A DNA stretch of 63,834 bases, filler included, from Acidimicrobiia bacterium (GTDB taxonomy: Bacteria > Actinomycetota > Acidimicrobiia > Spongiisociales > SHLN01), in the NCBI GenBank assembly GCA_041619515.1. It is 4 parts of 4 records of this genome, joined end to end, with 100 filler letters (N's around TTAATTAATTAA, not from the genome) between each part and the next. Parts side by side here need not be neighbours in the genome. Positions count along the whole stretch, not along the records: positions 55,241 to 63,834 come from JBFKDW010000097.1; 3 more parts are not named here. The stretch is one strand, 5' to 3'. Below, one piece after another: positions 63,233-63,834 of this stretch (its first letter is position 1; each line of letters opens with the position of its first letter). Below the pieces are notes generated by a model. The model was not told the origin of the DNA, searched no databases, and saw nothing but the letters and a program-made list of their open reading frames with translations. Position numbers and translations under genes: made by a program.

Positions 63233-63834
63233 CGGTGCTCTCCTTCTCAGCTGGTCCCTCGCCGGCGACAGGGGCAGTGACCGGAGCCTCTTCGGAGGCG
63301 GCTTCCACGGCCGTATCAGTTTCGGCCGTGACCGGCTCCCCCGTTGCTTCTTCGCCGGCCTCTTCGCCGGCCCCTTCGCCTGCCGAGTCGTCGCCCTCGG
63401 CCGCAGCCTGGGCCTTGCTCTCGAATCGTGCCCGACCGGCGATGCATGCCTGGGCGATCGAATCCGCAAACAGTTGGGCCGACCTGATGGCGTCGTCGTT
63501 GCCTGGTATGACGATGGTGATGGGGTCCGGATCGCAGTTGGTGTCGACGAGGGCCACGATCGGGATCCCCAAGCGCGTGGCCTCCTTGACGGCGATGTGC
63601 TCGGTCAGGATGTCCACGATGAACAGGGCGTCGGGGGGACGGGCCAGGTCGCGAACACCCCCGAGGTTGTTGACGAGTTTGGACTTCTCACGGCGCAGGC
63701 GGATTCGCTCCTTCTTGGGCAAGGCCTCCATCTCGCCCGAATCGTCCATCCGCTCGAGCTCTTTCATGTAGAGGATGCGCTTGTGGCTCGTCTTGAAGTT
63801 GGTGAGCATCCCCCCCAGCCACCGATTGGTGATA
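63225..63834 (-). CDS. rpsB: 30S ribosomal protein S2 (5' part beyond the window)
   Basis: [33 protein letters not shown], acidic tail. Confidence 0.95.
   Translation of the reverse strand, partial: ITNRWLGGMLTNFKTSHKRILYMKELERMDDSGEMEALPKKERIRLRREKSKLVNNLGGVRDLARPPDALFIVDILTEHIAVKEATRLGIPIVALVDTNCDPDPITIVIPGNDDAIRSAQLFADSIAQACIAGRARFESKAQAAAEGDDSAGEGAGEEAGEEATGEPVTAETDTAVEAASEEAPVTAPVAGEGPAEKESTGD

Overview
High-GC actinobacterial DNA, probably an Acidimicrobiia-like MAG. It consists of four unrelated contigs joined by artificial N44-TTAATTAATTAA-N44 linkers (1-18665, 18766-36949, 37050-55140, 55241-63834), so gene adjacency across linkers means nothing. Contig A carries GH13 alpha-glucosidase/treS, a molybdate regulator with modABC, a hidden UGA-recoded UxxC thioredoxin-fold lipoprotein with a SECIS-like hairpin (candidate selenoprotein, split by the ORF track), ggt, a short ssb, terC, kup with a leaderless coupled uORF, ppa and the 3' end of an rRNA operon. 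Contig B carries an aminotransferase, lnt, suhB, cbs-metB divergent from copZA, xylB, PAC2, dps and a DevS-like kinase/Ca-ATPase/antiporter cluster. Contig C is accessory: an EEP nuclease, a GMC oxidoreductase, a flippase-like gene and an ~11 kb five-gene block. That block encodes a membrane-split alpha/beta hydrolase, a dienelactone hydrolase, an endolysin-like amidase, a CHAT caspase fused to a degenerate SIR2 domain, and an nSTAND NTPase-TM-WD40 receptor, and it looks like an uncharacterised NLR-like conflict or signalling system. Contig D is the core rpsB-tsf-pyrH-frr-cdsA-dxr-rseP-rimP-nusA cluster, in which CdsA has a ~580-aa acidic, repeat-containing N-terminal extension. Many genes on contigs A and B look leaderless (TANNNT-N6-start). 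All product calls come from motif recognition by eye, not from database searches.
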